From: Gammaproteobacteria bacterium
GTDB taxonomy: Bacteria > Pseudomonadota > Gammaproteobacteria > Eutrophobiales > Eutrophobiaceae
DNA: 64,000 nucleotides
Direction: 5' to 3'
Assembly: GCA_003250975.1 (NCBI GenBank)
Contig: QKIY01000016.1
Location: forward strand, 84-64,083
In this document: positions 17,722 through 27,341 of the stretch, piece after piece
Layout: the number at the start of each line of letters is the position of its first letter
How positions within the stretch are numbered: the first letter of the stretch is position 1
Program-made: the position numbers and the translations under genes
The notes under the pieces: generated by a model
Database searches by the model: none
Seen by the model: the letters and a program-made list of their open reading frames with translations, nothing else
What the model was told of the DNA's origin: nothing

Positions 17722-18672
17722 CTATTCCCACTCCAATTCCACGAAGGCCCTTGAAACATTAGTTCTGTGATGTTCCTCGAAAAGAAGCCAGTCCCTCTTT
17801 GCCTCAGACCCGATATAGTCGATTGCCTCTTCCATAAACAGGCCTTCGGCAATCGCCTTACGGGTATCGGTCAGGAGCATATTAAGATATTTACTCTGGG
17901 CCTCCATGACTTTTTCCATGTTGTTTCCGGGCGGACCGTGGCCGGGAATAATTGTCTTCGCTTCAACGCTTTTCATTATCTCTATTGCATCAAGCCAGCC
18001 CTTTAAGCTGCCATCCAGTACGGGGATATGTTCTCGGAATAGCAGATCGCCTGTCCAGAGTGTTCTTGTCTTCGGATCATAAACAGTCAAATCAGTATAG
18101 GTATGTGCAACTTTAAAGGCCCGAATCTTCAAGGGCCGGTTTCCGAGGTCAATAATTAATTCATCAGTAACAGTAGTATCAGGCGCAATGATTGATTTTT
18201 CTGATGGCGACAGTCCCAGTTCCTGCCCAAATTCCTTTAGAAAAAAAGGTCGGTTTGATTCAATCGCATCTGGCAGGTTTACATGACCAATGAATTTGGT
18301 TTTCTGCCCGGCAAACGCCAGATTCCCCAAGATGTGGTCGAAATGAATGTGGGTATTGATTACATAGCATACAGGCTTGTCAGTAATACTTTTGAGTTTT
18401 TTATGCAATTCTGTGCCTGTATTAACTGAACCCCCTGTATCAATCACTGCAACGCATTGTTCACCGACTATAAAACCAATATTGGCAATATCATCACGTC
18501 CGGCATCAGTCAGGGCCACATGTTTTCCCTGATGCAGGTATATACCTGATGAAATTTCTATAAGATTAAATCCTTCTTCTGAGGCAAAACCTGGCTGTAC
18601 TGCCAGTACAAGGAAAAAGACCGGCATTAATAATAAATTCCAGATTGATAATTGCACAGAAACGTGGGCCAT
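17722..18672 (-). CDS. Exported MBL-fold metallohydrolase, SoxH / quinoprotein relay system zinc metallohydrolase-like
   Basis: DIANIGFIVG..CVAVIDTGG, YVINTHIHFDHILGN, AHTYTDL, WTGDL, IPGHG; signal peptide. Start uncertain (18672 versus the track's 18759). Confidence 0.8.
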   Translation of the reverse strand: MAHVSVQLSIWNLLLMPVFFLVLAVQPGFASEEGFNLIEISSGIYLHQGKHVALTDAGRDDIANIGFIVGEQCVAVIDTGGSVNTGTELHKKLKSITDKPVCYVINTHIHFDHILGNLAFAGQKTKFIGHVNLPDAIESNRPFFLKEFGQELGLSPSEKSIIAPDTTVTDELIIDLGNRPLKIRAFKVAHTYTDLTVYDPKTRTLWTGDLLFREHIPVLDGSLKGWLDAIEIMKSVEAKTIIPGHGPPGNNMEKVMEAQSKYLNMLLTDTRKAIAEGLFMEEAIDYIGSEAKRDWLLFEEHHRTNVSRAFVELEWE

Positions 18673-19014
18673 CAAGATGCAATATCTCCCAATTTTTCTA
18701 TATCTAATAAGAAGTTGGCTTCCAATATTCTGATACCTGTGGCGAGGGAAAAATTCCATAAATTTAAGTCTTTATTTATATCTTATTGATTATAAATGAT
18801 TTATTAAGAATAAATCCATATTTTACAACTTGCCGATTGAGCAATTCTGATCTAACGTTGTAAATAGGGATGAAAATTAAAACAAATACTTCTAAAACCT
18901 ATTCGTCGGGGAGGAAAGGTATTATTACCTGCACCTGTCACCAGAATAAATCTATTTTCTACCTCTGCAAAACCCTGTTCCTGTGTATTGCTAACTCTTG
19001 AAATAGGAGGGCTT

Positions 19015-19239
19015 ATGTTTGAATTTGATCGGCAAATTGTGGAATCCCTGTTATCTGAAAGTTTTGATTTCAAACGCCTGTATGAGAAACACGATATGTT
19101 AAATCAACAGGTGGATGAAATAACTGCTGGTATTCTTCCTGCCGATGATCTCACCCTGGAAAGAATGAAAAAGGAAAAGCTTTTGTTGAAAGACAGGATG
19201 TCTATGATGATCGAAAAATACAAGCGGCAGCATGCCTGA
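19015..19239 (+). CDS. YdcH / DUF465 family small coiled-coil protein
   Basis: Strong SD AGGAGG before ATG 19015; DFKRLYEKH..L...V and LERMKKEKLLLKDRM. Confidence 0.85.
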   Translation: MFEFDRQIVESLLSESFDFKRLYEKHDMLNQQVDEITAGILPADDLTLERMKKEKLLLKDRMSMMIEKYKRQHA

Positions 19240-19258
19240 CTTGAAATTATTAACCAAT

Positions 19259-19285
19259 AAAAACCCGTCTTGTGCGGGTTTTTTT
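19259..19285. terminator. Bidirectional intrinsic terminator
   Basis: AAAAACCCG-tcttgtg-CGGGTTTTTTT between convergent genes. Confidence 0.75.
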
Positions 19286-20066
19286 ATATGGCCATTCTCA
19301 GGCCAATCATGAATAACATACTGGCAAGAACAGGACGCATTATTTTTTCAGGAAGATAGCTGCCCAGGTGGCTGCCTATATAGATGCCGGGCAAGGAGCC
19401 CAATATCAGACTGCCCAGCAGGAACAAGTCAACTGTCCCCAGGTGCAGATGGCCCAGGCCAGCAATCGCGGTGATAGGTACAGCATGTGCCAGGTCCGTG
19501 CCGACGATTGAGATTGAGCGAACGCGGGGGTAGAGGAAAAACAGAATGGCCGCTCCCAGGGCGCCAGCACCAACGGACGAAAAGGTAACCAAAATGCCAA
19601 TTAATGCACCCGCAAGCACAGTCATGTGCCGTTGGTAATGAAAGTGTATTTCCCGGATGGTAGAAAACCGATCATTCTGTCCCAGGGCGAGCAGTTGTTT
19701 TTTGAAGATCAGTACCAATGAAGTCAGGATGAGGGCGACGCTCAGCGATGAGGTAATCAGCCGGTCATAGTTCATGCCGATGTCTCCCAAGTATTTAAGC
19801 ACGGCGATCGCGATAAAGGTCGCAGGGATGCTGCCCATGCAGAGAAGGCCCACGATAGGCCATTCGATGGTTCTGCGGCTATGGTGAACAAATATCCCGC
19901 CGGACTTGGTGATCGCCGCATAGAGCAGGTCGGTGCCGACCGCGAGGGCAGGAGGTATATGGAAAAACAGTACCAGGATAGGCGTCATTAAGGACCCGCC
20001 ACCGACCCCCGTAAGACCGATGATGAATCCGACGATAAACCCTGCGATAGTAAAGGCGAAATCCAT
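19284..20066 (-). CDS. Sulfite exporter TauE/SafE family membrane protein
   Basis: GLTGVGGGSLMTP, AVGTDLLYA, SSVGAGALG, VGTDLAHAVP. Confidence 0.9.
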   Translation of the reverse strand: MDFAFTIAGFIVGFIIGLTGVGGGSLMTPILVLFFHIPPALAVGTDLLYAAITKSGGIFVHHSRRTIEWPIVGLLCMGSIPATFIAIAVLKYLGDIGMNYDRLITSSLSVALILTSLVLIFKKQLLALGQNDRFSTIREIHFHYQRHMTVLAGALIGILVTFSSVGAGALGAAILFFLYPRVRSISIVGTDLAHAVPITAIAGLGHLHLGTVDLFLLGSLILGSLPGIYIGSHLGSYLPEKIMRPVLASMLFMIGLRMAI

Positions 20067-20177
20067 AACTGATTGAAATTTTTGGTAACTCTGACCGTAT
20101 GGAGAAAGAACTTGTAATGTAGCGGCGCTTTTCTATACTGAAAAGTAATTATTATGAATATTTTTATATTAATTTAG

Positions 20178-21170
<993 letters not shown>

Positions 21171-21176
21171 TGGACT

Positions 21177-21236
21177 ACAAGTGATAAGTTACAAGGATAA
21201 TTTAATTTTTGCTTGTCTCTTGTAACTTGTACTTGT
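21177..21236. repeat. Heptamer-periodic inverted repeat between convergent genes (possible terminator)
   Basis: AAG at 7-bp period (21179, 21186, 21193) faces CTTG at 21212, 21219, 21226 and 21232; core AAGTTACAAG / CTTGTAACTT. Confidence 0.6.
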
Positions 21237-21237
21237 C

Positions 21238-21573
21238 TTATATGTAGTCAATGTCCGGGGCGGCATCGAGGATGTCCCTGAGCTGCTCCTCCTCGGAGAC
21301 CTCGGTATTCAGTACTTCCTTAAGGAAACGCATATAGATTGTATATATGCGTGGTGCTTTGCCTTCTTCTTCCACAATAAAAAAGGGCGCGCGATCGACC
21401 TTGTGCAGAGCGGCCAGGTTCATGCCCTCACTCTCCGGATCCCGTTCATCCGCAATAATCACCTTGTCGATCCGATCGGTCAGACCGGCCGCCTTCAGGC
21501 GATCTTCGACTTCTTGGCACTTCCGGCAGGGCGAGCCATCGGCCTTGATCTTTTTGACCATGGAAATCTGCAT
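21238..21573 (-). CDS. Conserved hypothetical thioredoxin/glutaredoxin-like CxxC protein
   Basis: SPCRKCQEV near the N-terminus and VDRAPFF (cis-Pro-like position); lies 6 bp after the cysH stop. Confidence 0.7.
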   Translation of the reverse strand: MQISMVKKIKADGSPCRKCQEVEDRLKAAGLTDRIDKVIIADERDPESEGMNLAALHKVDRAPFFIVEEEGKAPRIYTIYMRFLKEVLNTEVSEEEQLRDILDAAPDIDYI

Positions 21574-21579
21574 ATCTTG

Positions 21580-22303
21580 CTATCCGGCCTTTTGTTGCAG
21601 GTTCCCGGCGTGCAGTCCGCATTCCTTCATAGTGGCCTCTTCCCACCACCACCGGCCCTCGCGCTCGTGCTGGTTTGGTAACACCGGACGGGTGCAGGGT
21701 TCACAGCCTATGCTGATAAAGCCACGGTTATGCAGCTCATTGAACGGGACATCGTTTTCACGTATGTATTGCCAGACCTGTGCCGATGACCAATATGACA
21801 GGGGGTTGAACTTGATCAGAACATGATCCGCCGTGGAAAAGGCCATGTCTTTTTCCACAACAGGCACATCAGCGCGGGTACCGGGGCTCTGGTCCTTGCG
21901 CTGGCCGGTTATCCAGGCATCGAGGGTCGCAAGCTTATTGCGCAGGGGCACCACTTTGCGAATTCCGCAGCATTCCTTGTGGCCGTCCTGGTAAAAGCTG
22001 TACAGGCCCTTTTCCCTGACGAATTTCTCCAGCGCGTCCTTGTCCGGGGAGAGGACATCGATACTGATCTTATAATGGTTCCTGACCTGCTCTATAAAGC
22101 GATAGGTCTCGGCATGCAAGCGGCCAGTATCCAGGGAAAACACCTTTACGTCCGGCCGGATCTTCGTGGCTATATCGATCAGGACGACATCCTCGGCCCC
22201 GCTGAAGGAGATCGCAATATTGTCGAAATTCTCCAGGGCCAGGCCCAGGATCTCCTGGGGGGATTTGTCCGTTAAATTCTTTGGTAGTCATTATCGTCGC
22301 CAT
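21580..22303 (-). CDS. cysH: Adenylylsulfate (APS) reductase, 4Fe-4S type; apparent +1 frameshift near the N-terminus
   Basis: [44 protein letters not shown]. Homology ([18 protein letters not shown]) continues in frame upstream of the track's GTG 22143 to a TGA at 22290-22288; the ATGs at 22303 and 22291 are one base out of frame. Confidence 0.85.
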
Positions 22304-22445
22304 AGTTATAACGGGGTTAATCCTAAAGGGTGCGTATCCTATCAGAGATCGCATATTCCAATAAATAATAAGAAATTATACTTATATTGTTTTTTTATAT
22401 ATCTCCATGGTTGCCGCCAGGCCCAGGCATCAGACTGGCAGCTTA

Positions 22446-23324
22446 TCAGATCGTATGCTGTTCCAATAACCTCGGGTTCAAAAAGGTCCCGTGTGATGAC
22501 ATATCGGTCAGCTGAAACTTGTTGTTTTCCAAGTATTCGATCAGCAGGTGAAGTCGAGAAATATCACGCAATGAGGGATCGATCTTGACCGTACTGTTGG
22601 TATCCCTGCCGATAAAGTTTTTGCCAACCTTCAGGGGATGACGGTGGTTCTCCTGATCGATAAACCCGACCCCGTTCTTGCAGGAGAGTTTACAGAGGTG
22701 CTTGGATAAGCGGACTTCGATCTCCTTTCCCTCTGGCAGTTGTATGGAGATCACCTCACCCTTCGGCATGCGCTCCATCTCGTCGCTTTTGCCATTTTCA
22801 TCCGGCTCAAACAGGGTGCTTTCCAGAATCAGGGTTCCGCTGAGTTTTTCATTGCCTGTCTCCTCGGCGCCCCCGGCGGTGCCGTTGAGCTGGGACTGCT
22901 TCTCAGAATAGATATATTTAATAATGTCCTGCCGGGCGGACAGGTACTGCATGTATTTCACTAGGGCCACCCGGCGAAATGGGTTGAGTTCATCACTGGC
23001 GTCGTTCAGGGCAGCGATGATACTGCGCCAGCCGTGGTCCTGGGAGAAGATAGTAGGGTCCAGCTCCCGCATGGCCTGGTTGATACTGCCAGGTTCTTCG
23101 ATGGACCGGGACAAGATCGAGACGAAGCGTTTTTCGATGTCCTTGATAGTAATGGCCTCGTTCTTGAGCTTTTTAGTGGACAGCTTGACCAGCTCCCGGA
23201 TTTTTTTCGTGGGCACAGAGGTCCGACCGCTCAGACTGAATTCAAAATCAGGTATGGAGCAGAATCTCAGGGTTTGTTCCCCGATCACCAGTTCAACCGG
23301 CTTGGCAAAAAACTTTGTCAGCAT
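22446..23324 (-). CDS. FHA domain-containing protein with an uncharacterised N-terminal domain
   Basis: C-terminal IGRD...DISRLHL...TDMSSHGTF. Confidence 0.82.
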   Translation of the reverse strand: MLTKFFAKPVELVIGEQTLRFCSIPDFEFSLSGRTSVPTKKIRELVKLSTKKLKNEAITIKDIEKRFVSILSRSIEEPGSINQAMRELDPTIFSQDHGWRSIIAALNDASDELNPFRRVALVKYMQYLSARQDIIKYIYSEKQSQLNGTAGGAEETGNEKLSGTLILESTLFEPDENGKSDEMERMPKGEVISIQLPEGKEIEVRLSKHLCKLSCKNGVGFIDQENHRHPLKVGKNFIGRDTNSTVKIDPSLRDISRLHLLIEYLENNKFQLTDMSSHGTFLNPRLLEQHTI

Positions 23325-23517
23325 ATGTCAGATCCCGGACAGTCGCTCAGTGCAGGAATGATAAACCAAATCTATGAAAAGTATAACAATTTTGATGGAA
23401 TATTTGATGAATGTCCGGGATCCGCAGCCAATGATGTTGGTTGCAGAGAAATTTCTCGCACCTGCTTTGGTAACAGGTCATTGAATTCTCCATTATTTTT
23501 CGGGGCAAACTAACCGT

Positions 23518-24597
23518 TTAAGCCGGGCAAGTGAAATCGGTTACTTGGTCCAGCAGGATACGCTTGCGTTTATCAACGTCGCAACGGGAAAGCTCACTAA
23601 CGCGTCGATAAAACTCGGGCAAACTGGCATTTACAGCTTGCATCACTGCCTCAAAGCCCGGCAGGTATTGCCTGTAGGTGGCAATTGCCGAGACCTTGGC
23701 GTTGTTGACCCCACGGGCAAACCATTCGTCATAGCGTGTTGTATCTGTCCAGTGAACCCGCTGTTCCCGGTATTCCTCAGTCATTTCCCGTAAGAGTCTT
23801 TCCTTCTCGCGCTGTTTCACCTGCACTGTCGTGTTTGACACATAGACTGCTGCCAGGCTGGCTCGGTATCTCATGACCAGTGATACAAATTCGGCCTCCT
23901 GTCTTTTCCGGGCTTCATAGGCCAACAGTTCATCTGTGCTGCCATGCTGGTGTAACCAGCGCCTGACGCCAGTCTGGGCAACCGCTTCGGCAAAGGCCTC
24001 GTTGAATTCGGTGTCGTTTTGAACGAATAGTTGCTGATGGGCCAGCTCGTGAAATATGACTTCGGCCAGCGCAGCACGGTCTCCGTTCATCATGGTGTTC
24101 AGCAGGGGATCATCGAACCAACCCAGTGTGGAGTAGGCACGGACACCGCCAACAAAAACATCATATCCTTCATGCTCAAGTTCAATGGCCAGTTGCCTGG
24201 CGCCCTCATATGAAAAATAACCTCGGTAATTCAGACATCCCGCCACCAGAAAACACCATTGTCTGTTCTCCAGTGAGAGTGCGGGCGTTGCAAAGACATT
24301 CCAGACCACATATTCACGCCCTAGGTCGGCATAGTATCGATAACTGTTATTGTCAGGCAGGCCCAGTGAATCACTGGCAAACGTCCTGAGTCGCAGTGCG
24401 TACTGCAGTTGTTCGTCGAGCAGGGCATTCGTTTGTCCGGAGGCCACCAGGGTTTTAATAGGCTCGCGGTTTTGCAGGATTTCCAGTTGGCCTGTTACTG
24501 CCTGGCTGTAGTAGGTAATAGAGCTGCAACCAAAAAGCAGGGTGCTGATTATCGCCGTTAAACAGAGCCGGATGAATTTCACAAACAAATTAATCAT
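23518..24597 (-). CDS. Lipoprotein zinc aminopeptidase (Aminopep / DUF2265 family)
   Basis: Lipobox-like LLFGC, WCFLVAGCLNYRGYF, AYSTLGWFDDP, IFHELAHQ, DTEFNEAFA. Confidence 0.87.
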   Translation of the reverse strand: MINLFVKFIRLCLTAIISTLLFGCSSITYYSQAVTGQLEILQNREPIKTLVASGQTNALLDEQLQYALRLRTFASDSLGLPDNNSYRYYADLGREYVVWNVFATPALSLENRQWCFLVAGCLNYRGYFSYEGARQLAIELEHEGYDVFVGGVRAYSTLGWFDDPLLNTMMNGDRAALAEVIFHELAHQQLFVQNDTEFNEAFAEAVAQTGVRRWLHQHGSTDELLAYEARKRQEAEFVSLVMRYRASLAAVYVSNTTVQVKQREKERLLREMTEEYREQRVHWTDTTRYDEWFARGVNNAKVSAIATYRQYLPGFEAVMQAVNASLPEFYRRVSELSRCDVDKRKRILLDQVTDFTCPA

Positions 24598-24684
24598 TGT
24601 ATCCTTTATGACTTATCTGGTGACAGATTAGGTCCATCAGCTGTCCTTGTTCAATAGTCACGTCCAGTAAAGGATTTATATGGC

Positions 24685-25533
24685 ATGTATACAACACTTA
24701 TAAATGCTGAAGAACTGCATAATAATCTGGATAGTCCAGAATGGGTTATTGTCGATTGCCGTTATGATCTGGCTGACAAAGACAAGGGCAGGGCATCCTA
24801 CCTGCAGTCCCATATCCCAGGCGCAGTCTTTGCTGATGTACATGATGATTTGAGTGGTCCGCCACTCACGGATCAGGGTCGTCATCCCATGCCCTCCACG
24901 GATCATTTAAATGCCTTGTTCTGCCGGTTGGGAATCAATTCATCATCCCAGGTCATTGCTTATGATGCGACCCAGGGTGCGTTCGCCGGCAGACTCTGGT
25001 GGTTATTAAGGTACATGGGGCATACAAGGGTCGCGGTACTGGATGGTGGTTGGCAAGCCTGGCAGGAGGCAGGACTGCCGGAACGTTCCGGAGATGAGAC
25101 CAATGCGTCGGGCAGGTTTACGGGTATACCGCAATCCGAATGGCTGGTGACGGTGGATGCCGTCCCGGATTGCAAACTTCTCGTTGACTCGCGGGATCCC
25201 GCTCGTTATCAGGGACAGGTTGAACCCATCGACAAGACCGCTGGCCATATACCAGGCGCAATTAATCATTTCTGGCAGCAAAATCTGCAGGATAACGGCC
25301 GCTTTAAGGATGCCCGGGAATTACAACAGCAATTTAGCCGGTTGTTTGCAGAAACGGCGCCCGAAGATGTGGTGTTTTATTGCGGTTCGGGTGTCACGGC
25401 TTGTCACAATTTATTGGCATTGGCACACGCTGGAATGATGCCTGCAAAACTTTATGCAGGCTCATGGAGTGACTGGTGTTCTGATTCTTCCAGGCCCGTG
25501 ACCACCGGTCCATCGCCGGGCCATATGGAATAA
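24685..25533 (+). CDS. sseA: Two-domain rhodanese / 3-mercaptopyruvate sulfurtransferase
   Basis: HIPGA (twice), GRHPMP, RLWWLL, LDGG, active-site YCGSGVTAC, LYAGSWSDW. Confidence 0.92.
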   Translation: MYTTLINAEELHNNLDSPEWVIVDCRYDLADKDKGRASYLQSHIPGAVFADVHDDLSGPPLTDQGRHPMPSTDHLNALFCRLGINSSSQVIAYDATQGAFAGRLWWLLRYMGHTRVAVLDGGWQAWQEAGLPERSGDETNASGRFTGIPQSEWLVTVDAVPDCKLLVDSRDPARYQGQVEPIDKTAGHIPGAINHFWQQNLQDNGRFKDARELQQQFSRLFAETAPEDVVFYCGSGVTACHNLLALAHAGMMPAKLYAGSWSDWCSDSSRPVTTGPSPGHME

Positions 25534-25620
25534 TGTTATACCGTATTACACATAACCCGGCTATTACGTGTTATCTTATGTAAATAATGCCTGGATTATT
25601 TCGTGCTTCCCTGAAATCTA

Positions 25621-27255
25621 ATGAAACAGTATAAGCTTTATATCTACGGTCTGTTTGCACTAATTTTCGGTATCTCGACGGCCTATGCGGGTAATACGAC
25701 ATTGCCTGCGGACCCTGCGGAAGAGGCTCTTGAGGTACTGGATTCAGGCATGCCTGATTATACCTCTGATAAGGACATTGCTGAATCTGCAGATTCAGCA
25801 GATGAAATCCATGACCCGCTGCCGCCCATACAGAATCTCAGCAAGGACGTTATTCTGGTGCTGGATAATTCAGGCAGTATGAAAAAAAATGATCCCGATT
25901 TTCTGACCAACCAGGCGGTCATAGAGTTTATCAATGGACTGGACGAAATGACGCGTGTTGCCATTATCATTTTTGACCAGGACGTTCGTCTTTCTGTCCC
26001 GCTTACCGTCGCAGACGAGAGCAGCAGGGCAACAATCCTTAACAGCCTTGATCAGGTTAATTACAAGGGGCAATTTACCAATAGTCCGGCTGCAATTGAG
26101 CGGGCGATCTATGAATTAAAAAACAATGCCAGACCGGAAGCGAAAAAGCTGATTGTGTTCATGACGGACGGTATTGTGGATACCGGTGACGGGCAGCGTG
26201 ATCTGGAAAAGGCAAAATGGATGAAAACAGATCTTGCAGAAGATGCGGGAGAATCCGGAATAGCGATTTACGGTATAGCCTTTACAGAAGATGCCGATTT
26301 CGAGCTTATACAATCACTCGCACAAAAGACCAGGGGGGAATATTACCGCGTATTGCAGGCGGAAGACCTGAAAAAGGTCTTTTCCCAGATAAATACTCTG
26401 GTTAACAAGGTGCAGGAACCGGAAGTTATTACCCCGGGAATTGATCAGCAAGCAATAGTTACCAAGGCACAACAACCCGTGATCATTGAAGTTCCGGTTG
26501 ATTCAAGCGAGGCTCTTGATGAGGAGCGCTTTCGATCACTAATGATCCTGACGGCACTATCTGTACTAATCGTTGCCGTTATTATCTTGGTGCTCATTAT
26601 GATAAAGGGGAGCAGAAAAAAACCTGACAGTGTTGCGCAGGAGGCTTTTATCAACGATATCAGCGGAAGCACTTCAAAATCCACTTATAAACTGGGTACC
26701 AAACCTGTGATGTTCGGGCGGGTGGAAGGTACAGCCACCGATCATCTGGAATACATTGTTATCCCGGAGTCAACTATTGGCCGTCGTCATGCATTGATAA
26801 GTTATAAGGATTATTCATATTGGATCTCTGACCAGGGGAGTATCAATGGGACATTCGTGAATGATGAGATGATAACCGGCGAAGTGCGCCTGAAACATGG
26901 TGACAGGATACGGCTTTACAAGTCCGAATTTGAATTCATCATGCCCGAGATGGTTGAAACGGATATGACGGTGATGTCCAATACTGTCATTGCCGCAAAC
27001 CCCGCAAAGGCAGGACTGGATACCAGTGTTCCGGATTTTGATATTACAGGTGAGGCTTCTGACCCTGATCGAGTGGATACAATCATGAAAAAGCGCACGG
27101 ATGATGACAGCGACAAGGATGAGACACTGATGATCGGTGAAGGTGATGAAACAATAAGCTCAGATGATGACATCACCTTGAGGCCCGATCTGGATGACGA
27201 AGACCTGACACTGGATAATTTTATTGATCTTGATAAAAAGAAGGACAATAAATAA
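25621..27255 (+). CDS. Membrane-anchored VWA (periplasmic) plus FHA (cytoplasmic) protein with an acidic tail
   Basis: Signal peptide, MIDAS DNSGS..T..MTDG, TM helix, FHA MFGR...TIGRRHA...GSINGTFVN, Asp/Thr-rich C-terminus. Confidence 0.87.
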   Translation: MKQYKLYIYGLFALIFGISTAYAGNTTLPADPAEEALEVLDSGMPDYTSDKDIAESADSADEIHDPLPPIQNLSKDVILVLDNSGSMKKNDPDFLTNQAVIEFINGLDEMTRVAIIIFDQDVRLSVPLTVADESSRATILNSLDQVNYKGQFTNSPAAIERAIYELKNNARPEAKKLIVFMTDGIVDTGDGQRDLEKAKWMKTDLAEDAGESGIAIYGIAFTEDADFELIQSLAQKTRGEYYRVLQAEDLKKVFSQINTLVNKVQEPEVITPGIDQQAIVTKAQQPVIIEVPVDSSEALDEERFRSLMILTALSVLIVAVIILVLIMIKGSRKKPDSVAQEAFINDISGSTSKSTYKLGTKPVMFGRVEGTATDHLEYIVIPESTIGRRHALISYKDYSYWISDQGSINGTFVNDEMITGEVRLKHGDRIRLYKSEFEFIMPEMVETDMTVMSNTVIAANPAKAGLDTSVPDFDITGEASDPDRVDTIMKKRTDDDSDKDETLMIGEGDETISSDDDITLRPDLDDEDLTLDNFIDLDKKKDNK

Positions 27256-27341
27256 TTCAAGTTCGAACCTGACAGTCCTGATTGCTTATATAACGCTCCT
27301 CTAAAAGTACCCGGAGTGCTTGCATTTTTGCGCAGGTCCAA

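Noticed and set aside
22070-22354. 94-aa minus-strand ORF as an independent gene
   Set aside because: Only its MATIMTTKE segment is meaningful, as the displaced cysH N-terminus; the rest is off-frame cysH sequence.
23627-23645. Sigma54-like TGGCA...TTGCA motifs here and near 54205
   Set aside because: GG-to-GC spacing is 12 and 8 nt instead of the required 10.
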